64,000 bases of DNA, from assembly GCA_964016885.1 (NCBI GenBank), contig OZ024755.1, positions 42,842,001-42,906,000 of the forward strand, given 5' to 3'. Each line of letters opens with the position of its first letter. Position 1 is the stretch's first letter. Source of the DNA: Eledone cirrhosa. Its lineage: Eukaryota. This document shows positions 12,479 to 25,305 of the stretch, one piece after another. Both the position numbers and the translations under genes were made by a program. Under the pieces are notes generated by a model that searched no databases, had not been told where the DNA came from, and saw only the letters and a program-made list of their open reading frames with translations.

Positions 12479-13255
12479 TGGGCATTGTGTGCAGAGGATC
12501 TGCACAGACTGGAGAGGAACAAAGCTTGCATGCTCCGTTGGATGTGTAATAGTAATATACGTGAACGGCAAAGCATAAATGAACTAAGTGAGAAATTAGG
12601 AATAAGAGGGATCAGATGCTGTTTACTCGAGAGAAGATTACGTTGGTATGGTCACGTGATGCGCATGAAAGACGACAGCTGTATAAAGAAGTGCAGGGCA
12701 ATCAAAATAGATGGTAGTTACGGAGTAGGCAGACCCAGAAAAACCGGGGACGATCTGATAAATTCCGACCTGGCACACTAACACCTCTCTAAGACAATGT
12801 CACTGGACTGAGATCTTTGGCACTACGCAGTAATACAGAAGACCCGCTTTGCCTAAGTACAAAGCGAAACCTACAGTCAGTAGGCACCTCCTAACCAAAA
12901 ATACACCCCCATCCCACTACCCCTACCCCCACCCCCATCTACACTACCCCTTTCTCTGTAAAGTTATGTTGGTCCCACATCATCCAGTCCTAAATAAATG
13001 AGGTCGTGTAGGTGTCACGACAAAAAAAACACGCAGTCCACGCTGTAATGTGGCCGTGTAGGTAACATGGTAAAAACCTCCCAGTCCAAACTGTAAACGG
13101 AGTTGGTGTTAGGAAGGGCATCCAGCCGTATAAAATCTGTCAGACAGTCCTATATGAGCAAGACAACCAATCTTGCCTCACGTGGGACAATTCCCGTCTA
13201 AACCCATGCTAGCGTGGAAGATAGACGTTAAACGATGATGATGATGATAATGATG
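12472..13255 (+). mobile_element. RTE LINE 3' fragment with 3' UTR and (GAT)n tail
   Basis: [23 protein letters not shown]...GRPRKT; ends CCCATGCTAGCGTGGAAGATAGACGTTAAAC(GAT)n. Confidence 0.9.
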
Positions 13256-13272
13256 ATATATATATGTATATA

Positions 13273-13349
<77 letters not shown>

Positions 13350-13667
13350 GAATATACATACATATATATACGAATACAGACGTACACTAGTATGTATATA
13401 CATACACACATACATACATATATATATGTACGTATGGGTTTACCGAACATTTATTATAATGCTCGGTTTGTTTGTAAACAAACATCCTGAATTTGTAACC
13501 GTACAGTGTTCGGCAACCATCGTTGCCCTTTTGTTCAACACTGACAAAGGAACGATGAACTAGTTTCTAGCTTATTAGCTGTAATCAGCACCGTATACCT
13601 TCCTGTCCATCGATTGAACGTTTGAAAGTATATACTTTCCTTATGCATATTAATGTCTGAGCAGCCT

Positions 13668-13725
13668 AAGCAGGCAAAGATGTTTGTGTATTAAAATTTT
13701 AATACACAAACATCTTTGCCTGCTT
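13668..13725. repeat. 58-bp perfect palindrome
   Basis: AAGCAGGCAAAGATGTTTGTGTATTAAAA followed directly by its reverse complement. Confidence 0.9.
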
Positions 13726-14641
13726 GATATGCTTGTTATTTTATGCGATACCTTTGCCATACAGTAATTATATATGCCTAGTACCATTGCTTGTTTCCTG
13801 TCTAGCTGTCCTGTATATGCCTAACGCATTTCTACTCTCTATACGCTTGCATATGTACTGTTAGTGTCCTCGTATTACGAGTAACTTTCTACCTTAATGT
13901 CTCTTTAATTATTATACTATTCCCTTGTAATCTCTGTCGCAGGCATTCCACTCTGTAAATACGAAACTGTTGATGACAACATTAATCTATATGATTGTTC
14001 AGTTGAATAGGAAGTTAATTATATGTCCAAACTTTGCTAGTGCTCCGATGATTCCAAACGAAAGTTTGGAAGAAACGATTGTCAGCAATAAAATGATTTG
14101 AACATAGTTTTGATTATTGTGTAATTTATATATATATATATATATGTTGTTGTAGTTGATGTTGTTGCTGTGTTCAAATCTGAGATATATATATACATAT
14201 ACACACATATATATATATACACGCACACATTCAACACAGAGAAAGGAGTTAGGAGTTTGTCAACAGGTCAGACACCTTAGTGTAGATAGGGTAATGACTT
14301 ATGTGGTGGTCGGGAGCGAGTGTAGACGTTATTGTGATGGCGGTGGGGCAGTGAGTTGTATCAAGTTCATAGTTCACGTGGCCCTTTTCCTCTCTTTTCA
14401 AAATTTGAATTTATGGCCATTTTGCAATGGGGGACAAGTAAGCGTAAAATGTAAAATTTAAATAGAGATTGCTCTGGAAAAATAAATGGAATATTTCTGT
14501 AGCTTCCACAGCTTTTGTCAGAACATTTCCCCGGAGTGCAATGAGCAAAAATTTTGTTGTATTTTGATCTTTCAGAATACGAAAATTAATAAAATCTTAC
14601 CCCCACAAAAAACAGTGTGTTAGGTGTAAAATGATAATGAT

Positions 14642-14689
<48 letters not shown>

Positions 14690-15431
14690 CATATATATAC
14701 ATATCAGCCGACTGGACACTGCCCACAACAGAACAACCCGTCTAACCCATGCTAGCGTGGAAGAACAGACGTAAAACAGTGATGATGATGATGATGATAT
14801 ATAAATATATATATATAAAAATAAGAAGTGTAAGTCAACAGGGTAAAATTAGCTTCATTTATTCATATTCACAGCTATATATAGTTCAGTGATAGCCATT
14901 ATTCAACAGCTATGACCTCATCAGGCAGTAAGAACTTGAACAGAAAAAACAGGAAAACATGATGTTGTAATGGATTTTACAGTATTAATTCATTGATGTG
15001 TTCAGCTCCTGGGAGTGTTGTTAGTCCTCTCAGGAACTGGAAGCATATGATTTAGAATGAACAAATTCCAGCATCCAAAGGATATGTCCCCCATCTCATT
15101 ATATTATACCTACCCCCAGCCGAAAGTCTACTGAAATTCTTCAGAAACAGGTCAGCCAGTTATTATTGCTTTTAACTGCATGTTCTAGTCCGGTTGACCT
15201 ATTTCACTGTGGTTGTAGTGGTGTTAGCAGGTCAGTTAGCCAACTACAATCCCCTTGTGTTGTCAGGTCTACCATTAAGTCTTATAGTGGGAGATGCTAC
15301 AAAACTGTGTTGAAATGTAGGAGTGTAAAGAATTACAATCTTGTTAACATGAATCTCCTGTTAGAATATGTGGTATCTCATATTTTCATTGAAACATATC
15401 TATTATAGATATGTGTGTGTGATGATAACAT

Positions 15432-15672
15432 AGATATGGACATGTGATGCACATGGACGATGGGTGAAGAAGTGTCAGCAAATCCCAGTGGAAGGAAGCT
15501 GCAGTAGAGGTAGACTAAGAAAGACTTGGGCAGAGGTGGTAACAGCTGACCTCAGATCACTGAGACTTACAGAGGAGATGACAAAGGAACACATTGAGTG
15601 GATAGATGCTGTGCTGAGAAGGACTTGTCCAACCCATGCTAGCATGGTAAAGCAGACATTAAAATAATGATG
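15432..15672 (+). mobile_element. Old RTE 3' end
   Basis: KKCQQIPVEGSCSRGRLRKTWAEVV plus tail CCCATGCTAGCATGG...TGATG. Confidence 0.8.
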
Positions 15673-15825
15673 CCCATCAGGGTTTGGGTGTCAGTTCCCT
15701 GCTGTTTATTACAGTTCTTTATGACACAACAGAGAAGTTAAAGTCTGACGTTGGTGATGTTTATCTATTTTGGTCTCTATACATGTCTATATATCCATTA
15801 CTCTCAACCCATTTTACTATTTCAG

Positions 15826-16155
15826 GTGATTCCTATGAAAGGTTCTCAAAGATATTCTGTGAACATCACAGATTTACGAGCTATATATGTGAGTGACACT
15901 AAGAAGATCATCACAGATTGGCAATGTAGTGATATGTCATTGGTACACTACTATAACATCTACGTTACTATTCCAGATCAACAACAACAACTTGTAGGAC
16001 AGAGCATCAGCTGCAAGTTAGTCTGTAGTTATTCAGCAGAAAGAGAGGAAGAGCAACACAAGTTCTGTGATATTACACTAACTGTGCAACCAGTGATGAG
16101 GAATGGCTGGGTCATACCTACCAACTGTTGTGTCTCTACACACCTTCAAAAATAA
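15826..16155 (+). CDS. ENGASE: Last coding exon of the probable ENGase (C-terminal FN3-like beta domain)
   Basis: Acceptor ttttactatttcag/G; open to TAA at 16153-16155; W...YYNIY...LVGQS...LTVQPVMRNG pattern resembles ENGase C-termini; non-repetitive sequence. Confidence 0.6.
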   Translation: MIPMKGSQRYSVNITDLRAIYVSDTKKIITDWQCSDMSLVHYYNIYVTIPDQQQQLVGQSISCKLVCSYSAEREEEQHKFCDITLTVQPVMRNGWVIPTNCCVSTHLQK

Positions 16156-16319
16156 TACTAACCACATTGAAACAACTTTCACCTTTCACATATTCTTGTC
16201 TATATTTGAGGCACTGATTCAAAAGATATGCCACCCCAGGTTTTCAACATACAGCATCCATCTTGCCTTATTTGTGCCGTAGAATTAAGATCACCATTTT
16301 GGTTTTGTTTTTATGTCTC

Positions 16320-16658
16320 ATCATCATCATTTCATTTTACGTCCACTTTTCCCTGCTTGCAAGGGTGGAACGGGAACTGATTCTGGCTTGATTTCTACAG
16401 CTGGATGCCCTTCCTAACACCAACCTCATTTACAGTGAGTGCTGGGTGCTTTTTCGCCGTGGCACCTCCACGACCACTTTGCAGTGGAATGATATGGACC
16501 CCAGTCCCTATCGTCTCATTTCTACAGCTGAGTAAACTGGAGCAATGTGAAATAAAGTGTCTTGCTCAAGGAAACAACACATCACCTGGTCTGAGAATTG
16601 AACTCACAACCTTTCAATTGCAAGGCCAATGCTCTAACCACTAAGCCATGTGCCTCCA
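16320..16658 (-). mobile_element. Full-length tRNA-derived CORE-type SINE with an RTE-type tail
   Basis: A box TGGCTTAGTGG, B box GAGTTCAATTC, CORE-like centre, tail CCCTTGCAAGCAGGG...(GAT)n. Confidence 0.85.
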
Positions 16659-17000
16659 TATGTCTATTAAATAAATTTATTATAAAATTATTCTGACACC
16701 AACACCTGACCTTAAGGTGCTTTTCTGTTACATTTGGACCAAGTTTCCTGTGTAAGAGTACTTTCTTTCTTCTCTCCGTCTTGGAGGTTCTAAAAAATGG
16801 TCATGGGAAGTTCCCTTCCTACATAGACTTAAACAGTAGAAAAAACAAACAAATTGCACTGTGTAACACAATTTTTGTCCTTAAGTAGAACCTATTATTT
16901 TCTATTTGCTTATACCTGGAAAGTATGAAAAATGCTTAATATTTCCTTAAAACTTTGCTTTTATGGCCATGATAATATTTCTATATTTACCTAATCCCAG

Positions 17001-19285
17001 ACTTGTTCCCCGATCTCCTCGAGGCGGTCTACTGCAACTGGCAACAGAACGGGAGAATTCCCTGTACTGTGACCAAGGGCGTAGTCACGCTAGTGAGGAA
17101 GGACGAGAACAAGGGGGACGAAATAAGTAACTTCAGGCCCATAACACTGCTAAATACAGAGTTACAGATTTTGGCCAAGGTGCTAGCAAAGAGGTTGGCG
17201 CTTGTCGTGGGCAACCTGGTGGGAGATGCGCAGACATGCGCTATCCCGTCCAGGTCCATCCATGACAACCTCCACCTCATGCGATACATCATAGAGAGGG
17301 TTGGGAACGAACCCGGCTTTGGTGGGGCTCTGATCAACTTGGATCAATCTAAGGCGTTCGATAGGGTCGACCATGGTTACCTGGATGCGGTGCTAGCGGC
17401 GGCAGGCTTCGGACCCGTTTTCAGGGGCTGGATCACTGCTATGCACAGCAGCCGCATCTGCTCTAGGGTGAAGGTGAACGGCTACCTCTCGGAGCCGTTC
17501 AAAATCGCGCGGTCCATCCGACAAGGGTGCCCTCTCTCCTCCCTTCTGTATGTGTTGACTCTCGAGCCACTACTGCGGAAGTTGGAGTTGTTGCAGGGCT
17601 TCCCTTTGGAACCGGGATTGCGGAAAGCGGTGTCGGCCTACGCCGATGACGTGACAGTAATGGTGTCGACGGCCTCCGAAATCGAGGCGGTCGGCACCTT
17701 ACTGGAGGAGTACGAAAAGTTCACAGGGGCTAAGCTGAACCGGGACAAGTCGATCGGTTTGCAACTCGGCACGTGGAGGGGCAGACCGATGCCCTCCGAT
17801 GGCGTCGTCGGACGCTGGACGGAGGGCCCGGTGAAGTTGCTCGGGGTCTGGTTCGGACCGGACCTCCAGGTGGAGAAAAACTGGGCGGAGGTTACGAACA
17901 GGGTGTTTGCACTGACCCAGAAGTGGGCCAGTTGCAAACTATCCCTGAAAGGTCGGGCGGAGGTGGCGAACACCTACATAGCGTCCGTCATCTACTACCG
18001 CCTGACCGTAGTGCCCTGCCCAAGGGAAACCCTCACCAAGATGGAGCGCGCGCTCTTCCAATTCCTTTGGAAGAGGCGGGCTCCTATGGTGAGGAGATCC
18101 ATCTGCTGTCAACACCCTTCGAAAGGAGGGCTGGGGATGCCGTGGCTAATGATGCGTAAACACGCATTAAGGCTACGGCACCTCTACGTATTCCTCACCG
18201 GACAACCGGTGTGGGCCTCGTTTGTGAGACGAACCTTTCCCAGACTCGTCTCACTCACCGAGCTGCAATCCTGGGTCAAGCAAAGACCGAGAAAACTGGG
18301 CGCCTGGCACACTGAGTGTGCCCAGGCGCTCACCGCCCTCTGGCAGGCGGATCCGGTTATCAGTGGAGACTCCACCGCAACATTCTATAGAGGGCTGGTA
18401 CGCAGCAGGTGCGACGACGCCCTCGGAGAAGCCCTAGACATGGAGGAGGACGAACTGGCCAGCCTGTTCGGTAGGACATTCAGCCCGGGACCTATGGACA
18501 ACTTCCAGAAGTCCCTGGCCTGGCAGTGCTACCGAGGGGCTTTACCCGTTCGAGAAAGGCTCTACAGACACGGGCGCCCGGGTAGGGACCCCGCCAAAAA
18601 GATCTGTCCCAGATGCGTGTGCGACGAGGAAACCATTGCACACGCATTGGTACACTGCTCGGGCGTAGCCGATCTGTGGGGCTATGTCGAACAACTGCTG
18701 TCAAGGGTGGGACCGATCCGGTTGACCACCGAGTCTATTGTGATGATCAAGCCGCCTCCCCCCTTCAAAGATGAAGCAGGGGCGGTGTTTCTGTGCGTGA
18801 TAGCCATGGCGAAAGAGGTTGTATGGTGGACGCGTCTGAAAGGACTGAGGTCAGGCAACTTTCTCTCTGGCCAACAACTGGTCCGTTTCTTCCGATATCA
18901 TTTCGGAAGAAGGATCAGGATGGAGAGAGAGGTGCTGCACCCCAGCCGTTTCTATGAAAGATGGGTGAAAGTGGCGAGAATGGCCCGTGTAAATGGGCCT
19001 TCACTCTACATCAGACTATAGGTGAAGAAGATGAAAGACCAAGGGAGCACCCCTTCTCTGTGCTCCTGAGGAGAAGGGTTGCACACTTTTTTCGGGGGTG
19101 TGTGCGACCCTCCAAGGCGCCTCCTCTCTATTGAGGATTTTGTTAAAAATTTTATTTTTTGTTATATCTTATTTTATTTTTATATTTTGTTATTGCCTCC
19201 TCCTTATTGAGGACGCCCTTTTGTGTAAACTCCCCCCTTTGTACTTGTCCCACTTTTGATGCCCTAGTGGCAAATAAAAGAAACA
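17001..19285 (+). mobile_element. Young 5'-truncated L1/Tx1-clade LINE; uninterrupted 672-aa RT plus zinc-binding ORF at 17003-19021
   Basis: NFRPITLLN, LDQSKAFDRV, RQGCPLS, AYADDV, LSLKGR, CPRC...ETIAHALVHC; 19-bp TSD TATATTTACCTAATCCCAG (16982-17000, 19286-19304). Confidence 0.93.
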
Positions 19286-19326
19286 TATATTTACCTAATC
19301 CCAGGAAAACTGCCAAATGTGAACAG

Positions 19327-21665
19327 TAGGCATATGACTTTTTTACAACCCCATATGAGCATGCTATTTTCTAATGAGGTTTTTGTCATGTAGTTTTTTT
19401 GTAAATTTTGAAAAAAATTCTTGCACATACTAAATTATATTTTTAATTTTTTGGTAATTAGCCAGTCCCATAAAATAAATACCTAAAACAATAAATTATG
19501 ACAATAAAAAATTTATTTTAATTATTAGTTAAACAAAATTGAATCACTAAGGTTCTACTACTTTTACAAAATGGCAAAAGGTCCTGCACAACTTTTACAG
19601 CTCGCTCAGCGCAAATGTTCGAGCATTGCGTCACAATTGGAGATTCTTTATTAGACCAAAATCTTCTGACGGTGTTTGCAGCCTTTTCACACTTGGCCTT
19701 AATTATTTGGTCAATGAGTTTCTGCTTGCTGTCAGCTCTATACAGTTGACTGGAGAACCACATTTTCCCCCACATTCCGCAGATGTATTCGGCACCAGCG
19801 CGCAGCTTCGCTCGTTCATCAGGCATCAATAAATTGCTTGGCTATTCCAATGAGCATTGTCCAAATTAGGTAATTTCTTTAAATTTATTTTAGGAAACGT
19901 ACTGTTTTCAAAGAAATGTTGCACGGCTTTCATGAGATGCTGAAGGAAATCCATGTCACTTCTCCAGCGCGTCAGGTTTTCATTAATTTCCGTCGTTCCA
20001 TTTGAAAAGTTCTGCTTCAGTTCGTCATAGTTCTTTAAAATGGCCTCAACAAAGTAATAATTGATATATGGCGAAGTTGTTTTACTACTATATAGTTGAT
20101 CAAAATAAACTTTCAATGCACGGTCTAAAATGTGGTGCTGGCATCCAACATATAATGGCTTGCTGTAACTGCGACGTGCGAACTCACTGTTGAGCATGGC
20201 AACAACTCCTGCCTTTTTGCCGGTATTGACACTAGTTGTGCCGGAGACTATCATCACGATAGATTCCCACAGTTCATATTTGTCAATAACTTCTTTCAAT
20301 TCATTAAATATAGTAAGAGCCTATCCATCGGTTAATGCCATTGGCCTCAGGCGTATTTCTTTCTCATCATTTTTTATCACTACAACCTGATATTCTATGT
20401 CTCTCATTCGTTTTCCATCAAAATGAAGGCTCCAGTTTTCCCTTTTGAGTTCATTTTTCCACTTTTCCATGAGTTTCTCACCTTCTCTGATAACTGCTTT
20501 GTGCACTACCGACTGACTCGGGGTGCTCACCTTAATACCACCACTTTTAAATTTGTTGCAAACTGCTGCTGTTTTTCTACTAGGTAATTTAGTATTTCTT
20601 ACTAGGTTAACAGCATGAGCTGTGTTTTCTCTTTTTCGTTTTTCTTCTGGCGAAGGTGAAGATTTGTAATCGCTGGTATTTGTATCGGTCTCACTGTATC
20701 TTTCATTTGAGTCCAGATGAATGTATGAGCAGGATGGCTTATCATGATCTAGTTCTTGATTTTTGTTTTTAATTCTCTTAGAAGGATAGATTTTCTTTTT
20801 ACTGTCTATTTTCATTGTAGTATACCCAACCTTTCCACAACTCTCAACTTGCTTTTCATAAAATGACAAATCTTCGCTAACCATATCCCATATTTTTTAG
20901 TAATGTCAAACAGATTATTGAAATTCGCAGAGCCAGGTCTTTTCACTTCTTTTTCCTTTTTTTAAAATTATTTTTTCAATTTTTCGAGGTATTGAAAGTT
21001 TGTTGATAGTTGGAAAGCTGAACTTTTCCCATAAACTTTCACATTCTCCAGTAATTATCTTAATTCTTTTTTTTGGTATTTTTCTCTTCAGCAGCAAGAG
21101 TGATATATCTACCAACGATCTGTTGGTCAGTAGGTAGCTTGCATAATTCGATTAATGAACTTTGAATTTTCGTTTTCCTAGATTTCTTTCTCTTCTCAAA
21201 ATGACAAATATTTTGTGCCCAAATCTTTTTACTTTCCTCTTTAGCAACTGGATTTTTATACATCTGAAATTTATAATATTAATATAATTATAAATATTAA
21301 AATATATTAATAAATATACCTTGCAAATTTTAATTTATTCTATTTATGTATTTTATGAATTTTATGAACAGATTAAACTGACAAAATAAGTGATGAACAA
21401 GCAATAAAGGTGATCCATTAAACAATTTGAAGAAGAATACTATATTTTATAAACTGTTAAATTGCACACTATATTTTTATTACATACACACGTATATGCA
21501 ATTCTATATTAGTTAATCAATGTTAAAGAATCTACCTTGTGCAAGCGTTTTTTAAAATTCTAATATTTTTTAACATGCTCACAACTATTTTCTAGTAAAA
21601 GTTCATCTGAAAATGGCATGCTCATTTATTTTTTTTAACAAAAGTGTACTTTAGGAATATGCCTA
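19327..21665 (-). mobile_element. Full-length hAT-superfamily (hATm-like) DNA transposon with a broken transposase
   Basis: 8-bp TSD GTGAACAG (19319-19326, 21666-21673); TIR TAGGCATAT; subterminal ATGAGCATGCYATTTTC; motifs LHFDGK, TTSVNTG, GCQHHILD, NICAERAVK spread over frameshifted ORFs. Confidence 0.88.
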
Positions 21666-21789
21666 GTGAACAGTCTCATTCAAAGAAAGTTGGAATAAAA
21701 TGACATGATTAAAAAAGTAGCATTTATTTATTCTAGCATTATACAAAAAACTTAGAAGTGAGTGGGTTTTCAGGATTTATGCTTAAGGT

Positions 21790-22070
21790 GCAAATTATTT
21801 TTATAGTCTCCCATCATGTTTTCATTATATGATCCTTGGTAGTGACGTTCAAAGTTAAGTATATCCTGGCAGAAGCGCTCGCCTTGTTCAGAGTATGTTC
21901 CCGTGTTACCCTTGAATTTATCAAGATGAGTGTCAAGGATATGTATTTTGAGGGACATCCTGCAACCCATTTTGCTGAAGTTCTTCATCAGAGTTTCATC
22001 AAGCTCCACATAATTTTCGGCCTTGTGATTTCCCAAGAAGGCCCAAACCAACAAAGCTGTTCCACGCTGC
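21790..22070 (-). mobile_element. DNA-transposase C-terminal fragment (TcMar-m44-like)
   Basis: FLGNHKAENY...GCRMSLKIHILDTHLD...SEQGERFCQDI...YQG...MMGDY. Confidence 0.65.
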
Positions 22071-22086
22071 CTCTTCTTATATATAG

Positions 22087-22330
22087 GTGGAGGTGTATGG
22101 CCTAGTGGTAAGGTTGTTGAAATTACGATCATGACGTCATCAGGTTCAATTCCTGGACTGGGTCATGTTGTATTCTGGAGCGTCATTTGTCATTGCTTCA
22201 GTATACTCAGCTGAAAATGAGTACCAGTAATAGTTTGGGGTTTAACCATGTGATGTTCAGGCATCCTCTCCAGTTGCTTCACACCACAGAAACTGCAATA
22301 AGTACCAGCCTCAGCCTCTAGGCTTGAGAC
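22087..22330 (+). mobile_element. Diverged CORE-type SINE
   Basis: TGGCCTAGTGG A box, GGTTCAATTCC B box, ACTCAGCTGAAAATGAGTACC. Confidence 0.6.
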
Positions 22331-22451
22331 AAACCAAACATCTTATTTATTATATGAGGGGCCCACCAAACCTGCCCCAGGGCCCCACAAGATCTATATC
22401 TAGTGGTGGGTGACAGTGGGAGTTATAGCTGTCTTCTACATTAAACTGGTA

Positions 22452-22671
22452 GTCACATTAAGTAGTTCTAATCATACACTCACATGGAAAAGGCATTAAC
22501 AATCTCTTTTTGTTGGATCACTAAATTATGAGACTTAAACATACAGTCTATTTAATAATTTAACCATTTGAATAGACTGTATGTTTAAGTCTCATAATTT
22601 AGTGATCCAACAAAAAGAGATTGTTAATGCCTTTTCCATGTTAGTGTATGATTAGAACTACTTAATGTGAC
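22452..22671. repeat. Fold-back repeat (101-bp arms, 18-bp spacer)
   Basis: 22452-22552 vs 22571-22671, about one mismatch. Confidence 0.95.
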
Positions 22672-22887
22672 AGTTTTATTTTAGTTAGTATTTTATATTT
22701 AGATATATATTGTTTATTTCAATTTGTTAGGCAGGATAACACTCTAGTATTTAGTATTTTAAAATAATTTTATTATGGGATCGTAGTCTGTATTATTTAT
22801 AGGGCCATTCAGTAAATATTTTGATTTTCTTCTGGGTGTTTCAACTTTGAGATGTAGCTGTTTGACCTTCATTATACATTATATATA

Positions 22888-23039
22888 CCGTATTTCCCGG
22901 CATTGAAGATGCTACTTTTTCCCTAAAATAAGTCTCAAAAATCTACCATGCGTCCTGGAGGCCAAAGATTGTTTATTATTTTTTTTTCAAATTTTTGCTT
23001 GTCAAAATTAGGGTGGGTCTTCAGCACCAAGAAATACGG
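22888..23039. mobile_element. Tc1/mariner (pogo/Tc2-like) MITE
   Basis: TA-CCGTATTTC ... GAAATACGG-TA termini with TA TSD. Confidence 0.8.
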
Positions 23040-23075
23040 TACATATGTATGTATAATTTGCTTCATTATACATAC

Positions 23076-23200
<125 letters not shown>

Positions 23201-23221
23201 TATATATATATATATATATAT

Positions 23222-23266
<45 letters not shown>

Positions 23267-23759
23267 TTTCGTACTCATTACGCATGTACGCAAATATGAT
23301 TTAAATACTTAAATTGTATAAATCGGAGATTACATCTGGTATATATCCAATATAGTATGCAAGTGAACATTTTGTTTGCAAATTAGATTTTAGATATGTA
23401 CGCAACATATTAATTTTTTCATTTGTATATATATATATATAATATATATCCTAAACCGACGGTAGTCGGTTTAGTTTAGTATAATATTGTTGTCTTAGTG
23501 ATTTCGTTGGCAATCGTCTCTTTACAGCATTATTAGAATGTCTTCCGATTATCAAAATCACATGAAAGTTATATGAGCATGGAGAGTAAATCATTGCACA
23601 TCTCTTAAGCTAAAAATCTCGAAATTTCGTTCAGCACAAAAAAAGTTATGATCAAAGTTTGCTGAAAAAAACTGTGTTCAAGTGAGTAAGTGAGTGAGTA
23701 AGGGTGACGCTCTGTGCATTTGATGCATCTCTTGGGACTGGTCAGAGGAGGATAAGGGG

Positions 23760-24315
23760 TTATTCGGGGTGCGGCGCTTATTCGAACCCTCCCCCAGTGA
23801 CTGCGGTTATTCGGGGTGAGACGCTTATTCGAACCCCCCCCCCCCGCTTATTCGAACCCTCCCCCCAGTGACTGCGATTATTCGGGGTGCGGCGCTTATT
23901 CGAACCCTCCCCCCAGTGACTGCGGTTATTCGGGGTGCGGCGCTTATTCGAACCCTCCCCCCAGTGACTGCGATTATTCGGGGTGCGGCGCTTATTCGAA
24001 CCCTCCCCCCAGTGACTGCGGTTATTCGGGGTGCGGCGCTTATTCGAACCCTCCCCCAGTGACTGCGATTATTCGGGGTGAGGCGCTTATTCGAACCCCC
24101 CCCCCCCCCCACAGTGACTGCGGTTATTCGGGGTGCGGCGCTTATTCGAACCCCCCCCCACAGTGACTGCGATTATTCGGGGTGAGGCGCTTATTCGAAC
24201 CCTCCCCCAGTGACTGCTGTTATTTGGGGTGAGGGTCTTATTCGAACCCCCCCTAGTGACTGCGGTTATTCGGGGTGCGGTGGTTATTTGAACCCCCCCC
24301 CAGTGACTGCGGTTA
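23760..24315. repeat. About 49-bp GC-rich minisatellite (mirror at about 27873-28290 with fewer units)
   Basis: Unit GCTTATTCGAACCCTCCCCCCAGTGACTGCG(G/A)TTATTCGGGGTGCGGC. Confidence 0.92.
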
Positions 24316-24642
24316 TTTTTTTGAATTTGAATTTTAAATGTTGATACAATGTGGCAGTAAACATTAATCATTGAGCTAATTAGGAGCTATTATGTTCTCC
24401 TATCTCGCGATAAGTGGTCACACGTTGCAAACTAGTTGAGGTTGTCTTCTATTTATATTCAAATGAGTAATCACTCACTGCATTGTTCTCTTTCAAAGCA
24501 GTCGCTGATTGATATACTAGAAATTCAGAAAATCATTTGGATTTGTACTAATAGTTGTGAATAGTTGTGCTATTTTTTGTACCGATAGGTGCGAGTAGTG
24601 AACTCATTTGCGATAGGTGCGAATAGTGTGCTCATTTGACAT

Positions 24643-25305
24643 ATGAAAATGACGTCTCTCGGCTTTTTTATCGGCTTATTTATTTTGACTATTACAAATG
24701 AAAAATTTGTTTCCCTGCAAAAGTCTCGCCAAAATGGTCGCAAAAAAAATCGCAAAAGGTCACTTCATACGTTTCGCGGCTTTCGAAAAAAGTCACCATA
24801 TACGTTTCGCGGCTTTTTGATCGGCTTATTACTTTTTTGCCTGGCGCGAAAATGCAATATTTCCATTTCGAATGAAACAATTCCACAATCGGGCAATTCG
24901 AATGATGAAATTCACATTCAGGCGGCTTTTTACAAATCCAATAAACGAATTTACCCGATTTCCAATCAGAAATATAGAACACGTGCACTGATCTTATCAT
25001 TGCTTATTATCGGTTGTGTTGAATTAAATCCTGGACCTGAATTTGAATTCAATGAGACTGATAGTGCTTCCGAATGTCCCAAAGATCAAAAAATTCATAA
25101 AGAGAATGAAAAACGGAGAAAAAATGCCATTAGGAATAGGGAGTATAAAAAACGGAAAGCTGCTGAAATAAAAGAAAAAAGACAATCAGAACAAGCAAAA
25201 CATATGAATAATGCATACCAAAAAGCGCGTGAAGAAAATACAAAAATCCAAAAAAAATTATCATGTGAAAAATTGACAAAAAATCGACAAAAATGGCGTG
25301 CGTGA
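24643..25305 (+). CDS. Putative transposon-derived ORF with a 2A-like peptide and a basic/charged tract
   Basis: LSLLIIGCVELNPGP (GCVELNPGP at 25012-25038) followed by a K/R/E-rich helix; runs into about 63-bp tandem repeats. Confidence 0.4.
   Translation: MKMTSLGFFIGLFILTITNEKFVSLQKSRQNGRKKNRKRSLHTFRGFRKKSPYTFRGFLIGLLLFCLARKCNISISNETIPQSGNSNDEIHIQAAFYKSNKRIYPISNQKYRTRALILSLLIIGCVELNPGPEFEFNETDSASECPKDQKIHKENEKRRKNAIRNREYKKRKAAEIKEKRQSEQAKHMNNAYQKAREENTKIQKKLSCEKLTKNRQKWRA

Noticed and set aside
14865-14930. Hammerhead on the minus strand (CUGAUGA...GAAC)
   Set aside because: GAAA is mutated and stem I is poor; at most a decayed relic, so it is not listed as a feature.
16405-16644. Recurrent 79-92 aa MPFLTPTSFTVSAG ORFs as a gene family
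   Set aside because: They are antisense readings of SINE copies.
23816-24166. Repetitive Pro/Cys/Gly protein (SGCGAYSNPPP)
   Set aside because: Translation of the 49-bp minisatellite; copy number and frame differ between the palindrome arms.
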